Position numbers and translations under genes: made by a program. From an uncultured Acidobacteriota bacterium (lineage in GTDB: Bacteria > Acidobacteriota > Thermoanaerobaculia > UBA5066 > Gp7-AA6): a DNA stretch of 64,000 bases. Location: assembly GCA_963782585.1 (NCBI GenBank), contig CAWAKL010000005.1, forward strand, positions 26,614-90,613, in the 5' to 3' direction. A model generated the notes under the pieces. It searched no databases. It saw only the letters and a program-made list of their open reading frames with translations, and had not been told where the DNA came from. This document shows, in pieces, positions 1-10,576 of this stretch; positions within the stretch are counted from its first letter, which is position 1; every line of letters starts with the position of its first letter.

Positions 1-213
1 CACGAGCTGCTCACCGAGGGCGTCGACGGACGTCTGGATCGACGCCAGCAGCTCTGCCGGGGTCCCGGTCGGCACGAACGTCGTCGTCGTGGTCGCGCGC
101 GGTGGGGTCGTGGCGCTCGCGTCGTAGGTCACGTCCGCGCACGCCAGCAACCCGATCGGCGCCAACAGGACGCCGGCGATCGCGCCCGCCCGCGAGGGAT
201 GGCGAGGGGTCAC
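1..213 (-). CDS. Putative lipoprotein, N-terminal part (continues off the window start)
   Basis: Manual translation from GTG at 213: VTPRHPSRAGAIAGVLLAPIGLLACADVTYDASATTPPRATTTTTFVP. Hydrophobic signal with an LLAC lipobox, then a Thr/Pro-rich linker. Confidence 0.5.
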   Translation of the reverse strand, partial: MTPRHPSRAGAIAGVLLAPIGLLACADVTYDASATTPPRATTTTTFVPTGTPAELLASIQTSVDALGEQLV

Positions 214-220
214 CCGCCGA

Positions 221-880
221 TCACGCGTCGACGAGGATGCGGGCGCTGGCGAACGCGCCGACGCCGACGTGGTGGCCGTCGATCTCGACGGTCAGGGTGC
301 CGTCGGGCGACGCCGCGGTGATCACCCCGGCGTTCCCCGGCAGCAACGAACTGGCCTCGAGGAACTCGAGCAGGCCCGGCGTGAACTCGAGCTCCTCGGT
401 GATGCGCGCGATCGTGAACTGCTCGCCGACGGTCACGGCGGCCAGCGGTCGGGAGTCCAGCTCGACGTAGCCGGAGCCGGGGATCGGGTTCCCGTGCGGG
501 CACGTCGTCGGGTTCCCGAGAAGCCGGGCCATCGCCTGCTCGACGGCCGCGCTCATGACGTGCTCCCACTTGCCGGCCTCGTGGTGCGCCTCCGCCCACG
601 ACAGGTGCAGGACGTCGGTGAGGAACCGCTCGGCGAGGCGGTGTCGCCGCACGACCGTCGTCGCCAGCAGCTGGCCGGCGTTCGTCAGGCGGATCCCCGA
701 CGACGACTCGACGAGGCCCTCGGCGTCGAGGCGCCGCATCATCTCGCTGACCGCGGGGCGGCTGACGTTGAGCCGATCGGCGATGCGTGCCTGGATGACG
801 TCGACGTCATCCTCGGCCAGCTCGTAGATGCACTCGCAGTACTCCTCGAACGCCGGGTGGTGTTCTCCAACGACGGCCAT
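221..880 (-). CDS. DtxR/IdeR/MntR-family metal-dependent transcriptional regulator with C-terminal FeoA/SH3-like domain
   Basis: C-terminal part of ORF 221..2839 from ATG 880. Contains EEYCECIYEL, HTH ARIADRLNVSRPAVSEM, RRHRLAERFL, EAHHEAGKWEH and CPHGNPIP. Confidence 0.9.
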   Translation of the reverse strand: MAVVGEHHPAFEEYCECIYELAEDDVDVIQARIADRLNVSRPAVSEMMRRLDAEGLVESSSGIRLTNAGQLLATTVVRRHRLAERFLTDVLHLSWAEAHHEAGKWEHVMSAAVEQAMARLLGNPTTCPHGNPIPGSGYVELDSRPLAAVTVGEQFTIARITEELEFTPGLLEFLEASSLLPGNAGVITAASPDGTLTVEIDGHHVGVGAFASARILVDA

Positions 881-903
881 GCCGGCGATCCTAACGTCAG
901 GGT

Positions 904-2221
904 GTGACCGCCAGTTCGCCACCACCCGCCGGCCGCAGGCTCCACGTCGTGATCGTCGGCGGCGGCTTCGGCGGGCTCGCGACGGCCCGCGCGTTGCTCG
1001 GCGCGGCCGTCGATGTGACGCTCGTCGACGCCAACAACTTCCACACCTTCCAGCCGCTGCTGTACCAGGTGGCGACCGCCGGGCTCGACGGTGACGACGT
1101 CGCGTACGCGATCCGGGGCAGCGTGCCGCGGGCGGCGCGGGCGGCGCTCGAACGTCACCGTGCGCATGGCCAGGGTCACGGACGTCGACCTCGCCGGGAA
1201 CGCCGTGGTGCTCGGCGGGGGTGACCGCGTCGCGTACGACGTCCTCGTGCTGGCGACGGGCGCCGTCTCCCACGACTTCGGCGTGCCGGGGGTGCGCGAC
1301 CACACCTTCCCGCTGAAGCACGTCGAGGACACGTTGGCGCTGCGGGCGCACGTGCTGAGCCGCTTCGAGGAAGCCGTCGCCGATCCGTCGCTCGTCGGTG
1401 CCGGGGCGCTCGACGTCGTCGTGTGCGGTGGCGGGGCGACGGGTGTGGAGCTGGCCGGCGGTCTCCGCGAGCTGTACGAGAAGGTGCTGGCGCGCGACTT
1501 CCACCACCTGCCGGTCGCCGCCGCCCGCATCACGCTCGTCGAGCTCGGCGACCGGTTGCTGGCGCCGTTCCGGCCGGCGTCGTCGGCGGACGCGCTCCGG
1601 ACGCTGCGCCGCCGCGGCGTCGAGGTCCGTCTCGGGTGCAGCGTCGCCCGTGTCGGCGACGGGCTCGTCCACCTCGACGACGGCAGCGTGCTGCGGGCCG
1701 GCACGATCGTGTGGGCGACCGGCGTGAGGGCGGAGGGCCTGGCGGGGGTGCTCGGCACACCGACCGGCCGTGGCGGCCGCCTCGTCGTCGAGCCGGACCT
1801 CACGGTGCCCGGGCACCCGGAGGTCTTCGCGATCGGTGATCTCGCCGCCGGCGCCGGGCCCGACGGGCTGCCCCTGCCGCAGGTGGCGCAGCCGGCCATC
1901 CAGGGCGGCAAGCACGTCGCCCGGCAGATCCTGCGCCGGCTCGACGGCCGGCCGACCGAACCGTTCCGCTACCACGACCGCGGCCAGATGGCGACGATCG
2001 GGCGCCACGACGCCGTCGCCGAGCTCGCCAACGGCTGGCGCCTCAGCGGTCCGATCGGGTGGGCCGCGTGGCTCGGCCTCCACCTCGTGTACCTGATGGG
2101 CTTCCGCAACCGCATCAAGGTGTTCGTCGACTGGTCGTGGAACTACCTCACGTTCGACCGCGGCAGCCGCGTCCTCCGCGAGGCCGACCGCCGCCCCCTG
2201 ACCCCCGGCGACCGCCCCTGA
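904..2221 (+). CDS. ndh: Type II NADH dehydrogenase family FAD/NAD oxidoreductase (one frameshift near 1126)
   Basis: VVIVGGGFGG and HTFQPLLYQVAT in ORF 904..1224. VVCGGGATGVELAG, FAIGD, QVAQPA and YHDRGQMATIGR in ORF 1091..2221. Confidence 0.9.
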
Positions 2222-2290
2222 CCCATCCGAGTGTTTCGACGCGTCCGAGTGCTTCCTGCGGGGCGTCCCCGCCCGAAACACTCGGGTGGG
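2222..2290. repeat. 17-bp inverted repeat (REP-like hairpin) directly after ndh
   Basis: CCCATCCGAGTGTTTCG (2222-2238) and CGAAACACTCGGGTGGG (2274-2290), one mismatch. A partial third copy TCCGAGTGCTTC lies at 2244-2255. Confidence 0.6.
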
Positions 2291-2371
2291 AGGCGACCGC
2301 GGATCGGCCAGACTGGGGCCATGCGCCGCGCCTGCTGACGACGACCCACCCGAAGTCCCCAGGAGCTCCCC

Positions 2372-4024
2372 GTGCCCGCTGCCGCCCCCCTCCGCGCCCG
2401 TGACCTCACCGTCACCCGTGGTCCCACCCTCGTCCTGGACGCCGTCGACCTCGTCGTCGCGACGGGCCAGCGCATCGGCGTGGTCGGCCCGAACGGCGTC
2501 GGCAAGTCGACGTTGCTGCAGGCCCTCGCCGGCCTCGTCCCGCTCGAGCGTGGTCGCGTCGAGCGGACACCGCCGACGGCGACCGTCGGCTACCTGCCCC
2601 AGGAGCCCTCGCGCGGCCCCGAGACGGTGACCGGCTTCCTCGAACGCCGCACCGGCGTCGCCGCGGCGAACACCGAGCTCGATGCCGCGACGGCTGCGCT
2701 GGCTGCGGGCGAGGTCGACGCGGACGACCGCTACGCCACGGCGCTCGAGCGCTGGCTGGCCCTCGGCGGCGCCGACCTCCACGCTCGCGTCGGGCAGGTG
2801 TGGGCCGACCTCGGGCTCACGGCCCGGCTGCTCGAGCAACCCACCGCGTCACTCTCCGGCGGCGAGGCCGCGCGGGCCGGGCTCGCCGCCCTCCTGCTCG
2901 CCCGGTTCGACGTGTTCCTGCTCGACGAGCCGACGAACGACCTCGACCTCGCCGGCCTCGATCGCCTCGAGCGCTGGATCGTCGAGCTGCCCGCCGCCGT
3001 CGTCCTCGTCAGCCACGACCGCACGTTCCTCGGCCGCACGGTGACCGACGTCCTCGAGCTCGACGAGTTCTCGCACCGGGCGAGCAGCTACGGCGGCGGC
3101 TGGCACGCCTACCTCGACGAGCGCGAGGCCGCCCGTCGCGCCGCGTGGGAGCGCTTCGACGACTACGACGCCAAGCGCAAGCTCCTCGCCGGCCGGGCGC
3201 AGCGAGAGCGGGAGTGGGCCTCGCAGGGGATGGCCAAGGCGCGCCGTTCGATGGGCGACGAACCCGACAAGAACATCCGCGCGTTCAAGGTCAACCAGAC
3301 CGAGCAGCTCGCCGGGCGCGCCGCGCGCACGGAGCGGGCGATCGAGCGGCTCGACGCCGTCGACAAGCCGCGCGAGCCGTGGCAGCTGCGGCTGTCCGTC
3401 GCCTCGCCGGGGCGGACCGGCGACGTCGTCGCCCGCCTCGAGGGGGTCGTCGTCGACCGCGGCGCGTTCACGCTCGGTCCGATCGACCTCGTCGTGGGCA
3501 CCGGCGAGCGGATCGCCCTCGTCGGCGCGAACGGCTCGGGCAAGACCACGCTGCTCGACGTCGCGCTCGGGCGGCTGCCCGCCGGTTCCGGCCGCGCCAG
3601 CCTCGGCCCGAGCGTCGTCGTCGGGGAGGTCGAGCAGGCCCGTGACCGCCTGGTGGGAACGACGACGCTGCTGCGGGCGTTCCAGGACGCCACGGGGTCG
3701 AGCACGGCCGACGCCCGCACCCTGCTCGCCAAGTTCGGCCTCGTCGCCGACCACGTCACGCGCCCGGCAGCAACCCTGTCCCCGGGCGAGCGCACCCGAG
3801 CCGAGCTGGCGTTGCTGATGGCGACCGGGGCCAACGTGCTCGTCCTCGACGAGCCGACGAACCACCTCGACCTGCCGGCGATCGAGCAGCTCGAGGCGGC
3901 GCTCGACGACTTCGACGGGACCGTCGTGCTCGTCACCCACGACCGGTCGCTGCTCGCACGGGTGCCGATGACGAGACGCATCGAGCTCGCCGGCGGCCGC
4001 GTCGTCGCCGACGATCCGCTGTGA
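2372..4024 (+). CDS. ABC-F family ATP-binding cassette protein (two NBDs, no TM domain)
   Basis: Walker A GPNGVGKST and GANGSGKTT, signatures LSGGE and LSPGE, two LDEPTN motifs, inter-NBD helical linker. Confidence 0.92.
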   Translation: MPAAAPLRARDLTVTRGPTLVLDAVDLVVATGQRIGVVGPNGVGKSTLLQALAGLVPLERGRVERTPPTATVGYLPQEPSRGPETVTGFLERRTGVAAANTELDAATAALAAGEVDADDRYATALERWLALGGADLHARVGQVWADLGLTARLLEQPTASLSGGEAARAGLAALLLARFDVFLLDEPTNDLDLAGLDRLERWIVELPAAVVLVSHDRTFLGRTVTDVLELDEFSHRASSYGGGWHAYLDEREAARRAAWERFDDYDAKRKLLAGRAQREREWASQGMAKARRSMGDEPDKNIRAFKVNQTEQLAGRAARTERAIERLDAVDKPREPWQLRLSVASPGRTGDVVARLEGVVVDRGAFTLGPIDLVVGTGERIALVGANGSGKTTLLDVALGRLPAGSGRASLGPSVVVGEVEQARDRLVGTTTLLRAFQDATGSSTADARTLLAKFGLVADHVTRPAATLSPGERTRAELALLMATGANVLVLDEPTNHLDLPAIEQLEAALDDFDGTVVLVTHDRSLLARVPMTRRIELAGGRVVADDPL

Positions 4025-4076
4025 CATGGGCGGCGTCGCGGCCAGGATGGGTCCCCGCCGCCGTCCAGGAGGACAC

Positions 4077-4723
4077 GTGCCGATCGCCCTGAAGCTCATC
4101 ACATCGACGTCCCGGCCCGGTCGGCAGGCCGACAAGGTGCTGCCATGGCTCACCCGGCGCTTCGCCGACGACGCGCGCTTCGACGTCGAGGTGCTCGACG
4201 TGCGGGAGTGGCGCCTGCCGCTGTTCCAGGAGAACCGCGAGACCATCGGCGACCCGGCCGACCCGACCTACTCCGACCCGGTCGTGCGAGCCTGGAACCG
4301 GAAGATCCGCGACAGCGGCAGCGTTCGTGTTCCTCACCGCCGAGTACAACCACTCGATCCCGGGCGAGCTGAAGAACGCCATCGACACCGTGTTCGTGAG
4401 CTACGGCTTCCGCAACAAGCCGGTGGCGTTCGTCGGCTACAGCGGCGGCCTCGTCGGCGGGGCCCGTGCCGTCGAGCACCTCGCGCACGTGCTCATCGAG
4501 GCCGAAGCCGTCCCGCTGCGCAACTCCGTGCTGATCGGGTCGGTGGGCGCGGCGTTCGACGATGCGGACGAGCCGACGAACCCGGCGACCGAGGCCACGC
4601 TGCCGCGTGATGCGCGACGACGTCGCCTGGTGGGCGAGCGTGCTCGCCCGGGCCCGCGCCGAGGGCGAGCTGGCGCCGGGGAACGGCCGCTTCGCCAAGG
4701 AGCTCGCGGCGCTGCGCGGCTGA
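4077..4723 (+). CDS. NADPH-dependent FMN reductase (two frameshifts, ~4320 and ~4600)
   Basis: ITSTSRPGRQADKV, LFQE, FLTAEYNHSIPGELKNAID, NKPVAFVGYSGGLVGGARAVEHL. GTG start after an AGGAGG RBS. Confidence 0.8.
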
Positions 4724-4732
4724 CGCGGCAGG

Positions 4733-5993
4733 ATGGCCGCGATGAAGGTCGTCGACACGCTCCGCTCGGTCATGCAGTTCCGCCGGGTCGAGCTCGACCC
4801 GGCGGCGCGGCGATTGGCGGGCGCGGCGTCCGTGGCCGATCTCCGCGACGCCGCCCGGCGGCGCCTCCCGCGCGGCGTGTTCGACTACATCGACGGCGGC
4901 GCCGAGGACGAGCGTTCGTTGCGCAACAACGCCGACGCGTTCGCCCGCATCGAGTTCCGGCCACGCGTGCTGCGCGCGGTGGCCGACGTCGACACGGCGA
5001 CGACGCTGCTCGGCCGGCCGCTGCCGTTCCCGCTGACGCTGGCACCGACCGGGTTCACCCGCATCGCCCATCCCGACGGGGAGCTCGCCGTCGCCGCGGG
5101 CGGCGGCACGCGCCGGGCTGCCCTACACGCTGTCGACGCTGTCGACCCGCTCGATCGAGGAGGTCGCCGCCGTCTGCGAGGGCCGCAAGTGGTTCCAGGT
5201 CTACGCCTGGCGCGATCGCGGTCTCGTGAAGGACATGGTCGAGCGGTGCCGGGCCGCCGAGTACGAGGCGCTCGTGCTCACGGTCGACACGGCGATGCTC
5301 GGCCGCCGCGAGCGTGACGTCCGCCGCGGCTTCGCGATGCCGCCGAAGATCGGCCTCGGCACGCTGCTCGACGGCGCCGTCCACCCGGGCTGGACGTGGG
5401 CGTTCGTGCGCTCGGACCCGATCGTGTTCGCCAACGTCTCGACGTCGTCGCGCGACCCGGGCAACGCCGCCCCCGGCGACGGTCGCGACCCCGTGACGCT
5501 GTCGGCGTACGTCAACTCGCAGTTCGACCCGAACCTGTCGTGGGACGACGTCGCGTGGTTCCGATCGATCTGGGACGGCCCGCTGATCGTGAAGGGCATC
5601 CAGTCCGTCGCCGACGCCGTCCTCGCCGCGGACCACGGTGTCGAGGCGATCGCCCTGTCCAACCACGGCGGCCGCCAACTCGACTCGGCGCCGGCGCCGA
5701 TCGACCTCGTCGGTCCTGTCGTCGAGGCCGTCGGCGAGCGCACCGAGGTGATCTGCGACGGCGGCGTCCGGCGGGGCAGTGACATCGTCAAGGCCGTCGC
5801 CCTCGGCGCCAAGGCGTGCATGGTCGGGCGGGCCTACCTGTACGCGCTCGGCGCGGCCGGCGAACGCGGCGTCGACCATGTCCTCACGCAGCTGCGGACG
5901 GACGTCGTGCGCACGATGGCGTTGTGCGGCGCGGCCGCGGTCGCCGACCTCGGTCCCGAGCTCGTCGTGGCCCCGTCCGGCGTCAGCCGGTGA
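4733..5993 (+). CDS. FMN-dependent alpha-hydroxy acid dehydrogenase/oxidase (L-lactate dehydrogenase-like; frameshifts ~5100)
   Basis: FDYIDGGAEDE, LAPTG, LTVD, GPLIVKGI, SNHGGRQLD, DGGVRRGSDIVKAVALGA and VGRAYLY. Confidence 0.88.
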
Positions 5994-6366
5994 CGGCGAC
6001 GATCTGGTCGGCGTAGAAGCGCCGGCCGTCCGGCGGCAGGTGGATGCCGTCGTCGTAGAAGCAGTCACCCGGGCAGCTGGCGGCGGCGTTGGCCCAGTCG
6101 AGGACGGTCACGTTCGGGTACGTCGCCGGGAGGGCGCGGATCTTGTCGTTGTTCCCGGCCGCGTAGCCGCGGTCGGCCTTGACCGTCAGCATCACGACCG
6201 TCGGCACGCCCGCCAGCTCGTTCATCAGCTGGCCGAGCTGGCCGTCGCCGATCGGCCCGTTCGTCCCGAGGGCGACGACGACGGCCGGGCCGAGTCGACC
6301 GGCGGCGCGGAGGTCGACGACCTGTTGCAGCCCGTTCACGAACGCCCGCGACTCGAGCGCGTCGAC
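5983..6366 (-). CDS. SGNH-fold C-terminal domain of an OatA/YrhL-type acyltransferase, 5' truncated at a fragment junction
   Basis: VDALESR...VVVALGTNG...VLDW...FYDDGIHL (DxxH). Upstream of ~6366 the sequence belongs to an unrelated gene. Confidence 0.75.
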   Translation of the reverse strand, partial: VDALESRAFVNGLQQVVDLRAAGRLGPAVVVALGTNGPIGDGQLGQLMNELAGVPTVVMLTVKADRGYAAGNNDKIRALPATYPNVTVLDWANAAASCPGDCFYDDGIHLPPDGRRFYADQIVAVTG

Positions 6367-7225
6367 ACAGAAGCCGGCCGCGGCGCCGCGCGAATACGGG
6401 CACGCAGCTTCGGAACCGCGGCGTTGGTCGCGGCGCCACGATCACCTGATGGCGCGTGTCGTCGACGAGGTAGGTGTTCGAAACACTCGGAGGACAGCGC
6501 ACGCGGCGGTCAGGCTGTTGATCCGTTCCAGCGCGGTGCGCAGATCGCTCAGCACCGAGATCTCGCGCGCGATCCGCGACGAGGTACGGCTCGGCCTCGA
6601 GCTCCAGGCCGCGCAGGCGTTGCTCGGAATCCGCCAGCGCGATGCTGCGGCGCCAGAGATCGTGGCGAGTCCGGTCGACGATCGCGGCGCCGACGCAGGA
6701 CAGGCCGGCCGCGATCACCGGGCCGAGCGATCTGATGGGTCGAGTCCAGCGACCGGCCGGAGATGACCAGCACGAGGTAGTAGATCGCCAGCGTGTAGGC
6801 GGCGGAGAGATACTGGCGAGGCGGGATGCCAGGGCCAGAGCAGGGCCGAGGCGAGGAGCTTGAGCGACAGGAAGAGCGCCGTGCCGGAGAGTGTGGTGGT
6901 GTCGAGGAACAACCGGCCGGCAGGACGAGCGGTGAACAACAGGTCGGTGCACAGCGCGGCGGTCTCGACCTTGCCCTCCAGCCCGCGTCGCGTCAGCCAC
7001 CAGCCGAGCAGGGGAATCGCGAGCTCGACGCCGTAGCTGGCGAATTGTCCGGCGGTCGGCGCACGCGGCAGATCGGCGATCGCGTAGAGCAGCACTGCGA
7101 GCGCCACGACCGCGAGCGCCACCGGAAAGGAGGCCGCGAGGGCGCCGGATCCCGGTGTGCGGCGTACGACAACGCTGGTGCCGTTACGTCGCCCCGAGCC
7201 CGGTCCCCTGCATGGCTTGCGGCAT
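6367..7225 (-). CDS. Multi-pass membrane sensor protein with the start of a probable GAF-like domain; frameshifted and 3' truncated
   Basis: Several hydrophobic segments in ORFs 6715..7122, 6549..6773 and 6065..7000, then a helical linker (IAREISVLSDLRTALERINSLTA) and SNTYLVDD. Start is uncertain. Confidence 0.45.
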
Positions 7226-7349
7226 GTTACTCTCGGCCGCGGGGTGCGGAAGCAGAAATCTTTATCACTTTCTTTCTTCCGGCGCCCGGCTAGGGGAGCG
7301 GCGCTGGCGCTCGAAGGCGCGCCAGTGAGCCGGCGGGAGGAGTCGCGCG

Positions 7350-9124
7350 ATGGCGCCGGAGATGGATTGGGGCAAGTCGCTCTACGGGTCGAGGCCGCGA
7401 GCGGCGAAGCCGGCGCTGGTCGACGGCGGCGCGCTCGTCGGCCGCGTGCTGGGCGAGCCAGGCGTCCGCTACCTGTTCGCGATCAACGGCGGCCACATCT
7501 GGCCGATCCTGGCGCACCTGCGCGAGCACGGCATCAAGCTGATCCACATGCGCCACGAGCAGGCGTGCGCCTACGCCGCCGACGCCTACGCGCGCACCAG
7601 CGGCGACGCCCGGCGTGTGCAGCGTGACCGCCGGCTGCGGGCTGACCAACGCCGTCACCGGCCTCTGCGTCGCCGGGCTGACCGGCAGCGCGGTGGTCTG
7701 CATCGCCGGCCAGCATCCCGACGACCGAGGACGGCCTCGGCTCGTTCCAGGAGGCCTACGGCGCCGAGGTCTGCCGCACGTTCTCCAAGTTCGCGAAGCG
7801 CGTCGCTCGACTGGATCGACGATCGAGTTCGACCTGCGCCAGGCGTTCCGCGAGGCGCATGGCGCCGCCGCAGGGCGTCGGCGCTGCGTCGAGATCCCGA
7901 CCAACATCCTCTACCACCAGGACGACGACGCCGAGCAGCGCCGCGGCGCGCGCGGTCTACGACCCCGACGAGCTGCGCGTCGCAGGCCGATCCGCGCGCG
8001 ATCGAGCGCGCCGTCGAGCTGCTGCGCGCGCGCCGAGCGGCCGCTGATCGTCGGCCGGCGACGGCGTCTTCTGGTCCGACGCCGCGGCCGAGCTGCGCGA
8101 GCTGGCCGAGCTGACGCAGCATCCCGGTCTACTACGCGCCGCGCCGGCGCAGGGCGCGTGCCGGAGGATCACCCGCTGGCCGTGCGCGGCGCCTGGAAGA
8201 AGCCGTTCACCGGCCGCGCCGACGTGGTGCTCGCCGTCGGCTTTCGACTTCTGGAGCGGCGAGCACTTCGGCGAGCCGCCGACCTGGAACGACGACGCGA
8301 CGCTACATCCAGGTCGACGCCGACGCCGACGCGCATCGGCTGGCACGTGCCGGCCGAGGTCGGCCGTCGTCGGCGATCCCGAAGCTGGTGCTGCGCCAGC
8401 TGATCGACGCCGCCAAGCGCCGCGGCGCTCGACTGGCGCGGCAAGAACGCGACCTGGCTCGACGAGGTCGGCCACGGTGCGCGCCAACTTACGAGCGCAT
8501 GCTCGACGAGCGCGAGCAGAAGCAGACGCACGGCGAACGTGCCGATCCATCCGGACCGCCTGGCGCGCGAGCTGTGCGAGGTGATCGATCGCGACGCCAC
8601 CGTCGTGATCGACAGCTTCACGCTGTCCGGCTGGATGTCGCAGTGGTTCACGGCGCGCTTCCCGGGCCAGGTCGTCGACGCCGGCCCGCTCGCGCCGGTC
8701 GGCCACGGCATCGGCATGGCGCATCGGCGCGCAGCTGGCGCGGCCGGGCAAGCAGGTCGTCGTGGTCATCGGCGACGGCGGCCTCGGCATCGGCGGCTGG
8801 GACATCGAGACGGCGCTGCGCTACGAGCTGCCGATCGTCACCGTGCTGTGGAACAACAGCTCGTGGGGACCGAGCTTCGAGCAGATGCCGATGCTGCAAG
8901 GGCCGCACCGATCCGTTCGACATGCTGCGAGAACATTCGCTACGACCGCATGTTCCGCGACCTCGGCTGCCACGGCGAGCACGTCGAGCGAGCCCGACGA
9001 GATCGCGCCGGCGCTCGAGCGCGCCTTCGCTCGCGGCAAGGCCTCGCTGCGTCAACGTCATCGGCGACAAGCGCATCGGCCACCCCAGCTCGGCGGCAAC
9101 CTGCTCGGCTCGACGAAGGTCTGA
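7350..9124 (+). CDS. Thiamine-pyrophosphate-dependent enzyme, acetolactate synthase/2-hydroxyacyl-CoA lyase-like (many frameshifts)
   Basis: LFAINGGHIWP, MRHEQACAYAADAYAR, VTAGCGLTNAVTG and the ThDP motif GDGGLG...VLWNNSSWG, spread over shifting frames. Confidence 0.85.
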
Positions 9125-9140
9125 TGACTCCGAACCTCCC

Positions 9141-9185
9141 GTGGGACCGGCCTCCGTGCCGGTCGGCCGCGCGTAGCGCGGCCGA
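9141..9185. repeat. Two adjacent GC-rich hairpins downstream of the ThDP gene
   Basis: ACCGGC-CTCCGT-GCCGGT (9146-9163) and TCGGCCGCGC-GTA-GCGCGGCCGA (9163-9185). Confidence 0.6.
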
Positions 9186-9240
9186 AAGTCCTCGGTGCTT
9201 GGCTGAGGACTAGTCCGAGTCCAGTTCTGCCGAGGCGAAC

Positions 9241-9266
9241 AGGGGCACGGCATGCCGTGCCCCTAC
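9241..9266 (-). repeat. GTAG-family REP-like palindrome
   Basis: Perfect 24-bp palindrome AGGGGCACGGCATGCCGTGCCCCT (9241-9264). It reads GTAGGGGCACGGCATGCCGTGCCCCT on the minus strand. Confidence 0.75.
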
Positions 9267-9269
9267 GCT

Positions 9270-9798
9270 TCAGACCCGGAACGGGCGCGACAACAGGGTG
9301 CGGCCGTCGCCGTCGACGATGTAGATCACGACGGTGTCGAAGCTCGGCCGAGTCGTCGGCCTCGGCCGTGGCGGTGATCCGCTCCCATTGATCGCTCAGC
9401 GTCGCTTGGATCCGGTGCGCGGCGTCGCGCCGTGGAAGTGTCCGCCGCGGTGATTGCCGGACCGGCGGCTGCGGCGGCCAGATCGCCCATTGCTTCGGCG
9501 CCACCTGGTCGTTGCGCGCGCACCAGGTACACGTAGCAGGGCAGGCTGACGTTGACTCGACGGTGCGCAGGCGCAGCGAGACGCTCAGCCGGTCGCCCTC
9601 GGCACTGCGCTCGCGGCGCGCCGAGAAGCGGTCGAAGTCGATCGCCTCGTGCGCCAGCTGGATGCGCTGCACGCCGCGCTGCGGATCATCGAACACCGAG
9701 CGGCGCAGGATCAGCGCCAGCGCCAGTGTGGCGATGAGCAGCAGCAGCACCAGCGCGGCGAAGCGGTCGCGGCGGCGAATGTATTCCGGCGTGGACAT
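9270..9798 (-). CDS. Hypothetical membrane-anchored protein (frameshifted)
   Basis: [34 protein letters not shown]-terminal TM, followed by a soluble domain ending LLSRPFRV* at 9270. Confidence 0.5.
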
Positions 9799-9926
9799 CC
9801 GTACCTGAAAACGTAGCTGCGGCGCAGCGCAGCGGCAACGAATCAGCGCGGTCGGGACGACGAAAGTCGCTGGCGCGCGCGACGGCCCGTGTTGGAGGGC
9901 CCAGACCCCTCTGGTATAGCTGCGGC

Positions 9927-10576
9927 ATGTTCGGCCTCGGCTTCGCCGGAACCGTTGTGCTGCTTGGCCTGCTGCTGGTGATCGGCGGCGTAAAGATCGT
10001 GCGCGAGTCGAGCGCGGGGTCATCCTGCGGCTCGGGCGCTTGGTGGGCGCCCGGGGGCCGGGCGTGTTCTACGTCATCCCGTTCCTCGAACAGATGTACA
10101 AGATCGACCTGCGCACCATCACGCTCGAGGTGCCGTCGCAGGACGTCATCACGCGCGACAACGTGTCGGTGAAGGTCAGCGCGGTGCTGTACTTCCGCGT
10201 CATCGACCCGGCGCGGGCCATCGTCGAGGTACAGAACTATCTGTACGCCAGCTCGCAGCTGGCGCAGACCACGCTGCGCAGCGTCTGCGGCCAGGCGCAG
10301 CTCGACGAGCTGCTCGTCCGAGCGCGACCGGCTGAACGAGCAGCTGCAGGAGATCATCGACACCAGCACCGAGCCCTGGGGCATCAAGGTGATGATGGTG
10401 GAGATCAAGCACATCGATCTGCCCCCCGACATGCAGCGCGCCATGGCGCGCCAGGCCGAGGCCGAGCGCCTGCGGCGCGCCAAGGTGATCAGCGCCGAAG
10501 GCGAGTACCAGGCCGCGGCGCGCCTCGGCGAGGCGGCGGCGGTGATGGAGGGCGAACCGATCGCGATGACCCTGCG
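9927..10576 (+). CDS. SPFH/stomatin (slipin) family protein, frameshifted, 3' truncated at a junction
   Basis: [69 protein letters not shown]. Confidence 0.88.

Noticed and set aside
221-2839. Very long ORFs antisense or in alternate frames to real genes (e.g. 221..2839, 25884..27971, 35511..38108, 48720..51089, 51551..53521)
   Set aside because: They are shadow ORFs expected in high-GC DNA: Arg/Ala/Gly-rich, no motifs, and fully overlapping well-supported genes.
6478-6491. 14-bp identity (TCGAAACACTCGGA) with the inverted repeat at 2226-2239
   Set aside because: It lies inside coding sequence of a different fragment at an apparent indel and has no hairpin partner. Treated as coincidence.
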